Of a stretch of 64,000 bases of DNA, positions 38,858 to 49,422 are shown piece after piece. Below the pieces are notes generated by a model. It did not search any database and had not been told where the DNA came from. It saw nothing but the letters and a program-made list of their open reading frames with translations. The stretch's first letter is position 1. Each line of letters opens with the position of its first letter. Made by a program: the position numbers and the translations under genes. Origin of the DNA: Candidatus Eiseniibacteriota bacterium (GTDB lineage Bacteria > Eisenbacteria > RBG-16-71-46); the NCBI GenBank assembly GCA_963725865.1, contig CAVSAC010000014.1, positions 1,472,001 to 1,536,000 on the forward strand. The letters are read 5' to 3'.

Positions 38858-40023
38858 TCGTCGCGCTCGGCATGCTGCTGGGCGTGGCGACGCTGGCGGT
38901 GCTGCTGGCCCCGGCGCGCGAGGAGGCCGCGGACGCCGACATGGCGTCGTCGTACCGCAACGGGCCCGGGGGCGCCCGCGCGACGTGGCTGCTGCTCGGC
39001 GAGCTGGGGTATCCGGTCGAGCGCTGGGAGCGCGCGCCGGCGCAGCTGCCCCACGACCAGCGCGCGGCCCGCACCCTCCTGGTGCTGGCGGAGCCCAGCG
39101 TGGCGTCCACCGACGAGGAGAGCCTCGCGGTCGCGCGCTTCGTGGCGGCGGGCGGCACGCTGCTGGTGGCGGGTGACGCCGACAGCCTGGTGCCCGGCCT
39201 GCGCACCGCGCGGCTCGCCGCGTTCGGCGACTCGGCGGTCGAGTGCGAGCGCGCGCTCCTCACGCCGATCACCGAGCGCGCGCCGACGATCGAGCTGCGG
39301 CGGCTCGCGGTCGACGTGGCGATCGCGCCGGGGGCCACGGTGCTCTACCGCCACGGCGGGAGCCCGGTGGTCGTGAGCTACCGCCACGGCGCGGGCGAGG
39401 TGATCTGGTGGGCCGGCACCACGCCGCTCACCAATCGCGGGCTCGACGATCGACGGCATCTCGCGTTGCTGTTCGACACGCTGGGCCCGCCCGGCGAGCG
39501 CCGGGTGCTGTGGGACGAGTACTTCCACGACGTGCGCGGCTCGCTGTCCGCGTACCTCGCGCGCACGCCGCTGCCGTGGATCCTGGCGCAGCTGCTGGCG
39601 CTGTTCGCGCTGGTGTGCGTCACCTGGGCGCGCCGCTTCGGTCCGGTGCGGGTGCCGATCGAGGAATCGCGCGTCTCGATGCTGGAGTTCGTCGACGCGG
39701 TCGGCGGTCTCTACGCGCGGGCGGGCGCGGCGGCCACCGCGGTGCGGCTCGCGCACGACGCGCTGCGCGTGCGCCTGGCCGCGCGGCTCGGCCTCGCGCC
39801 CTCGACGCCGCCGGTGGCGCTCGCCGCCGCCGCTCAACGCCGCCTCGGCGCCGGCGGGCCGCCGCTCGCGGCCGCGCTGCAGCGCGCCGAACGCATGCAG
39901 GACGACCAGCCGCACGCCCTCGCGGCGCTCGCGCTGGTGCAGGAACTGGATCGCTGGGACCGCCGCCTGCACCCGGTCGAACACGGTGCGGGCGGCTTCA
40001 TCACCGGGAGGGGCACGACGTGA
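38818..40023 (+). CDS. DUF4350 domain protein
   Basis: SSYRNGPGGARA, FVAAGGTLLV, LTNRGL, WDEYFH and RRFGP. Confidence 0.78.
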   Translation: MPQRLEPSERVLLIVALGMLLGVATLAVLLAPAREEAADADMASSYRNGPGGARATWLLLGELGYPVERWERAPAQLPHDQRAARTLLVLAEPSVASTDEESLAVARFVAAGGTLLVAGDADSLVPGLRTARLAAFGDSAVECERALLTPITERAPTIELRRLAVDVAIAPGATVLYRHGGSPVVVSYRHGAGEVIWWAGTTPLTNRGLDDRRHLALLFDTLGPPGERRVLWDEYFHDVRGSLSAYLARTPLPWILAQLLALFALVCVTWARRFGPVRVPIEESRVSMLEFVDAVGGLYARAGAAATAVRLAHDALRVRLAARLGLAPSTPPVALAAAAQRRLGAGGPPLAAALQRAERMQDDQPHALAALALVQELDRWDRRLHPVEHGAGGFITGRGTT

Positions 40024-40970
40024 CGCAGGTCGCGGAGCTGAGAGGACACGTGCGGGAGCAGATGGCCCGCGTCATCGTGGGGCAGGAGCCGGCCCTCGAC
40101 CAGCTGCTGCTGGTGCTGCTCGCCGGCGGGCACGCGCTGCTCGAGGGCGTTCCCGGACTGGCGAAGACGCTCAGCGTGAAGGCGCTCGCGCGGGTCTGCG
40201 GGCTGCGCTACCAGCGCGTGCAGTGCACGCCCGACCTGCTGCCGGCCGACGTGCTGGGCACCAGCGTGTTCAGCCCCGCCACCGGCCAGTTCACGCTGCG
40301 CCGCGGGCCGATCTTCACCGACGCGCTGCTGGTGGACGAGATCAACCGCACGCCCTCGCGCACGCAGTCGGCGCTGCTGGAGTGCATGGAGGAGCGCCAG
40401 GTCACGCTCGACGGCGAGCGCCACCCGCTGGGACCGCACTTCACGGTGTTCGCCACCCAGAATCCGGTGGAGTTCGAGGGCACCTATCCGCTGCCGGAGG
40501 CGCAGCTCGACCGCTTCCTGCTCAAGGTGCGCTTCGACTACCCGGCCGCCGACGTCGAGACGCGCATCCTCCAGCACTGCGACCGCGGCCCCGAGGCGCG
40601 CGACGTCGAGACCATGGGGCTGGTGGCGCTGCCCGCCGGCGCGCTCGACGCGGCGCGCGCCGAGGTCGCGGCGGTGCGGGTCGAGGAGACGTTGTTCCCC
40701 TACGTGGCCGCGATCGCGCGCCGTACCCGCGACTGGGCCTCGGTGATGCTGGGCGCCAGCCCGCGCGCGGCGATCCACCTGCTCGCGGTCGCCAAGGCGG
40801 CCGCCGCGGTCGAGGGGCGCGACTTCCTGATCCCCGACGACGTCAAACTCGCGGCGCCGGCGGTGCTGCGTCACCGCCTCACGCTGCGTCCCGAGGCGGA
40901 GCTGGAGGGCGTGAGCCCCGACCAGGTGGTCACCGAAGTGCTCGACGCGGTCGAGGTGCCGCGCGCATGA
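40020..40970 (+). CDS. moxR: MoxR-family AAA+ ATPase
   Basis: GHALLEGVPGLAKT, TPDLLPAD, DEINR, ATQNPVEFEGTYPLPEAQLDRF and GASPRA. Confidence 0.95.
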   Translation: MTQVAELRGHVREQMARVIVGQEPALDQLLLVLLAGGHALLEGVPGLAKTLSVKALARVCGLRYQRVQCTPDLLPADVLGTSVFSPATGQFTLRRGPIFTDALLVDEINRTPSRTQSALLECMEERQVTLDGERHPLGPHFTVFATQNPVEFEGTYPLPEAQLDRFLLKVRFDYPAADVETRILQHCDRGPEARDVETMGLVALPAGALDAARAEVAAVRVEETLFPYVAAIARRTRDWASVMLGASPRAAIHLLAVAKAAAAVEGRDFLIPDDVKLAAPAVLRHRLTLRPEAELEGVSPDQVVTEVLDAVEVPRA

Positions 40971-40998
40971 GCGGCCCGCGCGGGCAGGGCACGCGGCC

Positions 40999-42439
40999 AT
41001 GAGCGCCGCGCTGCGGGCCGCGCCGGAACCGGCGCGCGCCAGCCCCGGGCGAGCCGGCGCGGCTCGCGCCGGGCGCGCGCAGCGCGCTGGCGGTCGCCGC
41101 CGGCCGGCCGCCGTTCGCGTTCGGGCGCCGCTTCCTGGTGCTGTTCGCGTTCGGGCTCGGCTGGCTCGCGCCGGCGTGGTGGAATCCCCGGTTCGCGCTG
41201 CTGGCACTGGTCTGGGACGCGCTGCTGCTGGTCGGGTGGGCGCTGGATCTGCGACGGCTGCCCGCGGCCGGCGAGCTGCGCCTGACGCGCCGCTGGCTCG
41301 CCCCGCTGGCGCTCGGCCGCACCACGGCCGTGGCGCTCGAGCTGGAGCACCGCGCGCCAGTCGCGGTGCGGGTCGAGCTGATCGACGACGTCCCGGTGGG
41401 ACTGGCCGCGACGCCGCCGCGCGCGTCGCTCGGGGCACCCGCCGCGGCCGCCCGGCGGCCCGCGCAGGCGCGCGCGCTCGTCCACCTGACGCCGCGCGCG
41501 CGCGGTGACCAGCGCGTGGGGCGCGCGAGCCTGCGGATCGAGAGCCCGCTGGGGCTCGCGCAGCGCTGGCTCGCGGTCGACCTGGCGCAGACCGTGCGCG
41601 TGTACCCGCCGCTGCCGGCCGCCGACCACCTCTCGCTGGCCGCGCTGCGCAGCCGCCAGCTCGAGCTGGAGAAGCGCCGCCAGCGGATCGCCGGCGTGCG
41701 GCGCGAGTTCGAGGCGCTGCGCGACTGGCGCGACGGCGACGAGCTGCGCGACGTGTGCTGGCCCGCCACCGCGCGGCGCAACCGCCTGGTGTCCAAGCAG
41801 TGGCGCGCCGAGCGCAGCCAGACGCTGTGGATCGTGCTCGACGCCGGCCGCCTGATGGGCGCGCGCGTGGGCGAGCACACGCGCCTCGACGTCGCGGTCG
41901 ACGCGGCGCTGCGGCTGGCGCAGGTGGCGACCACCGCCGGCGACCGCGTCGGGCTGCTGGTGTACGGGCGCGCGATCCGCCAGCGCGTGCACCCGGGGCG
42001 CGGGCGCCTGCATTTGCGCGCGCTGCTCGAGGCGCTCGCGGTCGCGGCGCGCGAGCCGTTCGAGGCCGATCACCTGCTGGCCGCCGAGCAGCTGCTGACG
42101 CGGCAGAAGCAGCGCAGCCTGGTGGTGTGGATCACCGACGTGGCCGAGACCGCCGGGACCCCCGACGTGATCGAGGGCGCCACGCACGTGGCGCGCCGCC
42201 ACCTGGTGCTGTTCCTCGCGATGGCCCACCGCGAGCTGGCCGAGATCGCGGCCAGCGAGCCCGTGGACGTCGCGGCGATGTACCGCCGCGCCGCCGCGCA
42301 GGAGCTGGCGCTGCGCCGCGAGTCGCTGCTGCGCGGGCTGCGTCAGCGCGGGGCGATGGTGGTCGAGGCGGAGCCCGGGGCGATCGCCACCCGCGCGATC
42401 AACGGCTACCTGCAGGCGAAGGAGCGGAGCCGGGTGTAG
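40999..42439 (+). CDS. DUF58 (VWA-like) MoxR partner; N-terminus uncertain, possible frameshift near 41045
   Basis: REFEALRDWRDGD..R.VCWPATAR, LDAGRLM and GDRVGL. The frame is open from 41003 without an early start codon, and the ATG at 40999 is out of frame. Confidence 0.8.
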
Positions 42440-43397
42440 CCGCCGGCCGCCCGCCGCGCCCGCCGCTCGCGATCCACGCGACCAGCAGCGTGAACATCAG
42501 CGCGCCGATCGCGAACTTGAGCGGCGCCGGCATCAGCGAGGGCGACACGAAGCCCTCGATCAGGCCGGCGATCACCAGCATCGGGATGGTGCCGAGCATC
42601 AGCCGCACCGCCCGCCGTGCCGCGTGCTCGAGCGAGAGCCGGCGCGGCTCGAGCCCCGGGAACAGCATCCCGCGCGCGATGATCAGGCCCGCGCCGCCGG
42701 CGACGAAGATCGCCGGCAGCTCGAGTGAGCCGTGCGGGGCCACGAAGCTCCACAGCGCGACGGTCATGCCGGCCTGGTGGCAGGCGGCCCCGACCACGCC
42801 CATCAGCACGCCGTTGAACGCGAGCAGGTAGGCGGTCAGCACGCCGCCGGTGATCCCGCTCGCGAACGTGAGGAACGACACCGTCATGTTGTTGGTCATG
42901 ATGCCGCTCGCCGCCGCCGGCTGGACTCCGAGGATGGACTGCGTCCACATCTCGTGGCGGTCGATGGTGTCCCGCATCGCGGGGCTCAGGATCACTCGCA
43001 CCAGCCCGTCGTCCGCCAGCGCCGCCACCCACGCCGCCAGTCCGAACACCGCGAACCACGCGGCCGCGCCGAGGATGAAAGGCAGGCTCGCGCGCACCTC
43101 GCGCGGGAAGTCCCGCGCCAGGAACCGTCGCAGCCCGCCGCGGCCGCGGCGCTCGCCCTGGTAGACGAGATTGTGCGCGCGGCCGAGGAGCTGATTAAGA
43201 TACGCGGCCAGCGCCGGACTCGAGGCGTCGGCGCGGACCGTCGCCAGGTCGGCGGCGGTCTGCCGGTAGAGCAGCGCCAGCTCGCGCAGCGCCGCGTGCT
43301 CCGTCGTGCGCAGGCCGTGCGCGGTGACGTTGTGCACGAGCTTGTCGAGCCGGGCCCACATCGACTGTCGTTTGCGCAGCCACGCGGCGGAGATCAC
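42399..43397 (-). CDS. Stage II sporulation protein M (DUF95) family membrane protein
   Basis: LYRQTAADLA, YLNQL, IMTNN, PHGSLEL and IAGLIEGFVSP. Confidence 0.88.
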   Translation of the reverse strand: MISAAWLRKRQSMWARLDKLVHNVTAHGLRTTEHAALRELALLYRQTAADLATVRADASSPALAAYLNQLLGRAHNLVYQGERRGRGGLRRFLARDFPREVRASLPFILGAAAWFAVFGLAAWVAALADDGLVRVILSPAMRDTIDRHEMWTQSILGVQPAAASGIMTNNMTVSFLTFASGITGGVLTAYLLAFNGVLMGVVGAACHQAGMTVALWSFVAPHGSLELPAIFVAGGAGLIIARGMLFPGLEPRRLSLEHAARRAVRLMLGTIPMLVIAGLIEGFVSPSLMPAPLKFAIGALMFTLLVAWIASGGRGGRPAATPGSAPSPAGSR

Positions 43398-43399
43398 CG

Positions 43400-44188
43400 A
43401 TGCCCTCCGATGACGTCCTGATCATCGAGACGCCCGAGCAGACCCCGCTCGAGTACGAGCTGGCGGGGGTGGGCAGCCGCTTCATCGCGATCCTGATCGA
43501 CACGCTCTACCAGTTCGTGCTCGCCGTGCTGCTCCTGCTGATCTTCCTGTTCATCGCCGCGGTCGTGGGCGGCGGCGACCGCGGCGCCGCGCCCGGCGAG
43601 ATCCCGCGCGCCGTGTGGGCGTTCGCGATGCTGACGCTGGCGATGTTCGTGCTGCAGTTCGGCTACTTCACGCTGTTCGAGGCGCTGACCGCGGGACAGA
43701 CGCCGGGCAAGCGCCGGATGGGCCTGCGCGTGATCCACGCCAGCGGCCGGCCCATGGTGGCGCACGAGGCGGTCGCGCGCAATCTGCTCCGCATCATCGA
43801 CGGAATGCCCGCGGTGTACGGCGTGGGGTTGATCGCGATCATGATGTCGGCGCGACGCCAGCGCCTGGGCGACCTGCTCGCCGGCACGGTGGTCGTGCAC
43901 GAGCGCACCTACGACAGCGCGCCGTTCGGCTGGGCGCTCGCGAGCGGGGCCGCACCGGTGCCGGGCGGCGGCCGCCAGGACGTGCTGACCGCCGAGGAGC
44001 TGCGCGTGGTCGAGGCGTTCCTGCAGCGGCGTGACGAGCTCGACCCGCTGGTGCGTTTCAACCTGTCGCGCGACATCCTCGCGAAGCTCGGCGACCGACT
44101 GGGCGTGACGGCCGCCGACCGCGACAAGCCCGAAACCGCGCTCGAGGACCTCGCGCGGCGCAGCCGCGAGCGCGGCGGAAGGCGCTGA
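43400..44188 (+). CDS. RDD family membrane protein
   Basis: IETPEQ, LAGVGSRFIAILID, GQTPGKR..GLRV, RNLLR and QRLGDLLAGTVVV. Confidence 0.9.
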   Translation: MPSDDVLIIETPEQTPLEYELAGVGSRFIAILIDTLYQFVLAVLLLLIFLFIAAVVGGGDRGAAPGEIPRAVWAFAMLTLAMFVLQFGYFTLFEALTAGQTPGKRRMGLRVIHASGRPMVAHEAVARNLLRIIDGMPAVYGVGLIAIMMSARRQRLGDLLAGTVVVHERTYDSAPFGWALASGAAPVPGGGRQDVLTAEELRVVEAFLQRRDELDPLVRFNLSRDILAKLGDRLGVTAADRDKPETALEDLARRSRERGGRR

Positions 44189-44254
44189 GGCGCACGACGG
44201 AGGGCGCGGGGCGCGAGAACCGCACCGCCTGCTGACGCCCACGCGGCCCGCGCC

Positions 44255-45838
44255 TCAGCGCGCGGCGAACCCCACCACCTCGCGCTTCCACGTCGCGACG
44301 GCGGTCCAGCGCAGGCCGCGGCCCGTCACCATCGACGCGGTGGAGGCGGCCGGTCCCATCAGCCACACGCGCCCGTGCGCGTCGGCCAGCGGCGCCAGCG
44401 AGTCGCGCGTCACGACCGTGCGCGCGACCGCGGCCGCGTCGTCGAAGTGCTCGTCGCGCGGCACCTCGAGCAGCCGCACACGCTCGCCCAGGTAGAACGG
44501 CAGCCCCGCGTCGAAGTGCGCGAACTCCACCACCGGCTCGCCCGCGCGGCGGTTCTCGCGCAGCACCTCGACCACCGCGCGCGGGGAGCCCAGCGCGCGG
44601 TCGTAGCGCGCCAGCGCCACGATCGCGGCCGCGAACCCCACCGCCACCAGCAGCGCGGTGCGTGCCAGCGGTCCGTCGGTGACGCGGAACGCCGCCAGCG
44701 CGAGTGCCGCGAGCGCCAGCCACAGCCCGCCCGGAATGTGGAACGCCTCGGGCGGATCGATGCCGATCAGCTTGCCCAGCAGGTGGCGCGCGGCGATCCA
44801 GCCCGCCGCCGCCAGCACCAGCAGCAGCAGTCCGGTCGCGTGCCGCACCGCGCGCCCGCCGCGCTCGAAGCCGATCGCCGCGAGCAGTGCGGCCGCCGGC
44901 ATGCAGGGCAGCAGGTAGGCCGGCAGCTTGGAGCCCGAGCACGAGAACACCGCGAGCGGCGCGAGCAGCCACAGCAGCAGCAGTCGCGCCTCGAGCCGCG
45001 CGCGCTCGCGCCACACGTGGACCAGTCCCGCGATCAGCGCCGGCGTCCACGGCAGCGCGCCGGCGATCAGCACCCCCAGGAAGTACCACGGCGGCCCGCC
45101 GCGCTGGTGCACGGTGGTGGCGTAGCGCTCCCAGAGTTGATTGCCGAGCCAGTAGGGGAGCAGCCCCGGCGTACGCACCGCCATCGCCACGAACCACGGC
45201 AGCGCGATCGCGGCCGCGAGCAGCCAGCCCCACGCCGGCCCCAGCAGCGCGAGCGGCGCGCGCTCGCGCCGCCACGGCGCCGCGAGCAGCACCGGCAGCA
45301 GCGTCGGCAGCAGCACCACCGGGCCCTTCGCGAGGAACCCGACCCCGAGCAGCGCGAGCGCCCACGGCGAGGGCGCGAGCGCCCACCAGCCAGTCACCGC
45401 CGCGGCGAGGAACGGATCGCTCGCCAGGGTGCGCCCCACGGTGGCGAACAGCACGCAGCCGAGCAGCAGCCACGCCGGCAACGTGGTCGACTGCAACAAC
45501 GCGCCGAAGCGCCGCCGCGCCGCGCTCGCCGTGAACAGCAGCGTGAGCACCGACGCCAGCGCGACCGGCACCCGCGCGCCCCACGCGTTGGCGCCGAATA
45601 CCTGCATGCCGGCGCCCGCCGCCCAGTAGGCGAGCGGCGGCTTGTGCAGGTGCAGCAGCCCATCGAGCCGCGGCGCCATCCAGTCGCCGCTCGCGCGCAT
45701 CTCGCGCGCGATCTGGGCGTAGCGCGTCTCGGTCGGCTCGAGCAGACCCATCAGCCCGGCCGGCACCGCGAGCAGGAACAGCGCGACCGCGGCGAGCACC
45801 ACGAGCCGGTCGAGCACGCCGCGCGCCGGCTGCTGCAC
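44255..45838 (-). CDS. GT-C fold glycosyltransferase, ArnT/PMT_2 (GT39/83-like)
   Basis: ETRYAQIAREM..SGDW, KPPLAYW, KGPV, LPWF and SKLPAYLLP. Confidence 0.88.
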   Translation of the reverse strand: MQQPARGVLDRLVVLAAVALFLLAVPAGLMGLLEPTETRYAQIAREMRASGDWMAPRLDGLLHLHKPPLAYWAAGAGMQVFGANAWGARVPVALASVLTLLFTASAARRRFGALLQSTTLPAWLLLGCVLFATVGRTLASDPFLAAAVTGWWALAPSPWALALLGVGFLAKGPVVLLPTLLPVLLAAPWRRERAPLALLGPAWGWLLAAAIALPWFVAMAVRTPGLLPYWLGNQLWERYATTVHQRGGPPWYFLGVLIAGALPWTPALIAGLVHVWRERARLEARLLLLWLLAPLAVFSCSGSKLPAYLLPCMPAAALLAAIGFERGGRAVRHATGLLLLVLAAAGWIAARHLLGKLIGIDPPEAFHIPGGLWLALAALALAAFRVTDGPLARTALLVAVGFAAAIVALARYDRALGSPRAVVEVLRENRRAGEPVVEFAHFDAGLPFYLGERVRLLEVPRDEHFDDAAAVARTVVTRDSLAPLADAHGRVWLMGPAASTASMVTGRGLRWTAVATWKREVVGFAAR

Positions 45839-45841
45839 GCC

Positions 45842-46561
45842 TCAGTCCTCGCGCACGCGGTAACGCACCAGACGCGACCGTAGCCACAGCACGCCGAGCA
45901 GGTCGGCGAGCCCACGGCCGAGGCGGTTCATGACACCGTACTTCGACTCCCCGTGCTTGCGCGCGCGGTGGTGCACCGGCACCTCGACCACCCGCGCGCC
46001 GCGGAACGCGCACAGCGCGGGCAGGAAGCGGTGCATGGTGGTGAAGAACGGCAGCCCCTCGAGCGCCGCGCGCCGATACGCCTTGAACGAGCACCCGATG
46101 TCGGTGACGTGGTCGCCCAGCACCAGCCGGCGCGTGCCGTTGGCGATCCGCGACGACACCAGGCGGACCCACGTGTCCTGGCGCCCCTGGCGGATGCCCG
46201 AGACCACGTCGGCCTGCTCGAGCGCTGCGAGCAGCGCTGGCAGGTCGGCGGGGTCGTTCTGCAGGTCGGCGTCGAGCGTGATCACGATCCGCCCGCGCAC
46301 GCGCATGAAGCCCGCGGCGAGGGCCGCGCTCTGGCCCGAGCGCTCGAGCAGCCGCACCGGCCGGATGCGCGAATCGCGCTGCGCCGCCACCCGCAGGTGC
46401 TCGCCGGTGCCGTCGGTGCTGCCGTCGTCGACCATCACCAACTCGTAGCTGCGGCCGGTCTCGGTGAGCACCAGCTCCAGCTCGGTCAGGAGCGGTGCCA
46501 GGTTCTCGGCCTCGTTGTAGGCCGGGATGACGACGGAGAGTTCGGGGTCGGTCGGGTTCAT
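45842..46561 (-). CDS. GT2 polyprenyl-phosphate glycosyltransferase (ArnC/DPM1-like)
   Basis: LSVVIPAYNE, DDGSTD, GQSAAL, DADLQND, HRFLP and SKYG. Confidence 0.92.
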   Translation of the reverse strand: MNPTDPELSVVIPAYNEAENLAPLLTELELVLTETGRSYELVMVDDGSTDGTGEHLRVAAQRDSRIRPVRLLERSGQSAALAAGFMRVRGRIVITLDADLQNDPADLPALLAALEQADVVSGIRQGRQDTWVRLVSSRIANGTRRLVLGDHVTDIGCSFKAYRRAALEGLPFFTTMHRFLPALCAFRGARVVEVPVHHRARKHGESKYGVMNRLGRGLADLLGVLWLRSRLVRYRVRED

Positions 46562-46699
46562 GGCGTCGGACCGGGCAGGATGTCAGAGGTGGGGAAGGAG
46601 CGCCAGCGGGAGCGCCTCGTCGAAGGCCGGGATGACGACGGGGAGTTCGGGGTCGGTCGGGTGCATGGCGTCGGACCGGGCAGGATGTCGGAGGTGGGG
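46509..46699. repeat. Imperfect direct duplication (about 86 bp, 105-bp period) of the GT2 5' end and leader
   Basis: 46519-46594 and 46624-46699 differ at 3 of 76 positions. Similarity extends to 46509 and 46614. Confidence 0.85.
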
Positions 46700-46894
46700 C
46701 GCGGGAGCCAGTAGGGGCCCGTGGGCGCGGGCGACCGGCTTCCGCGGGCACCCATGTGACGCCGCTGCCGGTCGTGCGTTCACCGAGCAGGCAGTACGGG
46801 GCCGCTGCGGAGCTTCCGAGCGCTCGGCCGGCGGGCGTGGCAGCGCCCGCTGGACGGCCGTCCCCGGACGATCACGGATCAGGAGGTGTGCTGC

Positions 46895-49320
46895 ATGTCG
46901 GCCTTCACCCCATCGATGTCGCTCCGCACGCCTGCGATCGCGCTCGCATGCTCGCTCGCCAGCCTGCTCGTGGCACCTGCGGCCCGCGCCGCGTGGCCGC
47001 ACGATCCCTCGAACGGGAATCTCCCCATCTCGGTGGCCGTGGCCGAACAGCTCAATCCGGTCGTGATCCCGGATGGAAGTGGCGGGACGATCATCGCGTG
47101 GGAGGACACCCGTGGCGGCACTCAGGATATCTACGCCCAACGAGTGAGCGCCGCGGGAATCACACTGTGGACCGCCGACGGCCTGCCGATCTGCACCGCG
47201 ACCAACGAGCAGGCCCGTCCCGTGCTGATCTCGGACGGCTCGGGTGGAGCGATCATCGCCTGGCAGGATGTGCGCACCAACTTCGAGCTTCGACGTCTAC
47301 GTGCAGCGGATCAGCGCGGCGGGAGTGACTCAGTGGGCGGCGAACGGCGTGGCGCTCGCCGCGGACGCCAGCGATCAGCAGGCGCCGTCGATCGCTTCCG
47401 ACGGCTCGGGGGGCGCGATCGTCGCGTGGTACGGCGGCGTGGGGAACAACGTCTATGCCCGGCGGGTGGACGCCGCCGGCACGCCGCAGTGGACCGCGAA
47501 TGGCGTGCGCATCGCGCCCGTCGCCTCTACCCAACAGAACCCCAAGCTGGTCTCCGACGGGGCCGGCGGAGCGATCATCGCGTGGGAGGACTTTCGCAGC
47601 GGTTCGGGTCTGGACCTCTACGCGCAGCGCGTGAGCGGCTCGGGAGTGCTTCAATGGGGCGCCAGCGGAACGCCGCTCTGCCTCATCGCGGGCGATCAGA
47701 ACGGAATCGACCTGATCCCAGATGGCGCGGGCGGCGCCATCGCATGCTGGAACGACTACCGCTTCATCACCAGCGACATCGAGAGCCAGCACCTCGACGC
47801 CAACGGATCGCGCCTGTGGGCGATACAGGGCGTCCCGATCTGTGCCGCGGCGAACGACCAGGTCAATCCGAGACTCGCTTCCGACGGCGCGGGCGGGGCG
47901 ATCGTCACGTGGCAGGATCTGCGCCTCGGCGGAGGCGACTGGAACATCTACGCCCAGCGTGTGGATGCGGCGGGGCTCATCCGATGGACCACGGACGGGG
48001 TCGCACTCTGCACCGCGCCCGCCGATCAGCTCACGCCGGTCATCGCGACGGACGGCTTGGGAGGTGCGATCGTCGCGTGGCAGGATCCGCGCACCATCGG
48101 GTTCGCGGACATCTACGCCCGGCGCATCGACGCCAACGGAACGCCGCTCTGGGCGGCCAACGGCGTGGCGCTGTGCACCGCGCCCAATCAGCAGTACGTC
48201 CCCGCGATCGCCGCAGACGCCGCGGGCGGCGCGGTCGCCGCCTGGATCGACTTCCGCGGCGCGAGCATCGACGTCTACGCCCAGCGCATCGACTCGTTCG
48301 GCTACCTGGGCAACGCTGAGCCGACCGCGGCAGGCGTGCGCGACGTGCCGAACGACCAGGGGGGCTCGGTCAAGGTGAGCTGGAGCGCGAGCTACCTCGA
48401 TGCCGCGCCCAGCAACCTGATCGACAGCTACTGGATCCTGCGCTCGGTGCCGCCGAACGCCGCCGCGCTGGCGGCGCGCGCCGGCACGCACCCGGCCAGC
48501 GACTTCACCCGCGCGCCCGCGCCCGGGACGCTCCTCGCGCTGCCGAACGGCGCAACCGACTACTTCTGGGAGTTCGTCGCGAGCCAGCCAGCGTTCCACG
48601 TCGCCGGGTACAGCTACGTCGCGAGCATGACGTCGGACTCGACCCCGGGCTCGAATCCGCGCACCGCGTTCATGGTGATGGCGCGCACCGCGGGTGGCGC
48701 CCAGTACTGGTTCTCGGCGCCCGACTCCGGCTACTCGGTGGACAACCTCGCGCCCGCGGCGCCGGCGCCGCTGACCGGCGCCTACGGGGCCGGAGCGACG
48801 CACCTGCACTGGCGGCCCAACGTCGAGAGCGACCTCGCGGGCTATCGCGTCTATCGCGGCACCTCGCCCGGGTTCGTCCCCGACGCCGGCAATCTCGTCT
48901 CGGCGCAGGCGGACACCGGCTGCGTCGATCCCGGCGCGGCCGGGAGCTGGTACAAGGTCTCGGCGGTCGACGTGCACGGGAATCAGAGTCCATTCGCCGT
49001 GCTGGGTCCCGGCGGAACGCTCGACGCTCCCGTGGCCGCTCCGGCGCTTGCGCTCGCGGGGCCGTGGCCCAATCCGCTCGCACGCGCGGGCACGATCCAC
49101 TTCGCGCTGCCGCAGCGCGAGTCCGCGCGGCTCGCGGTGTACGACCCCGCGGGACGCCGCGTGCGGTCTGCTGGCCGACGGCACGATGGAGGCGGGACCG
49201 CACAGCGCCGACTTCGACCTGCGAGACGACAGCGGGCACCGGATCGCGGCGGGGCTCTATTTCGTGAGGCTCGAGACGCAGGAGCGATCGCTGACCGAGC
49301 GACTGGTGGCGATCCGGTAG
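46895..49320 (+). CDS. Secreted 8-repeat beta-propeller-like protein with FN3-like and C-terminal FlgD-Ig/T9SS-type domain; frameshifts near 47282 and 49169
   Basis: AGGAGGT RBS, signal peptide, eight xDGxGGAIxxWxD...D(I/V)YAQR units, DLAGYRVYRG, and PNP...VYDPAGRRVR / AGLYFVRL in the next frame. Confidence 0.75.
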
Positions 49321-49422
49321 AGCCCGGGCGGGGCGGGCGGCCGCCGCGCGCACGAGCACCCACGCGGGACGCGGGCGAGCACGGGCTGGAGCCCGCCCGG
49401 CTCCCTGTGCTAGAAACCCACC

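Noticed and set aside
42399..43397. SpoIIM, SpoIIAA-like and GerD-like features as evidence of sporulation
   Set aside because: These families are widespread in non-sporulating bacteria, and the window encodes outer-membrane proteins.
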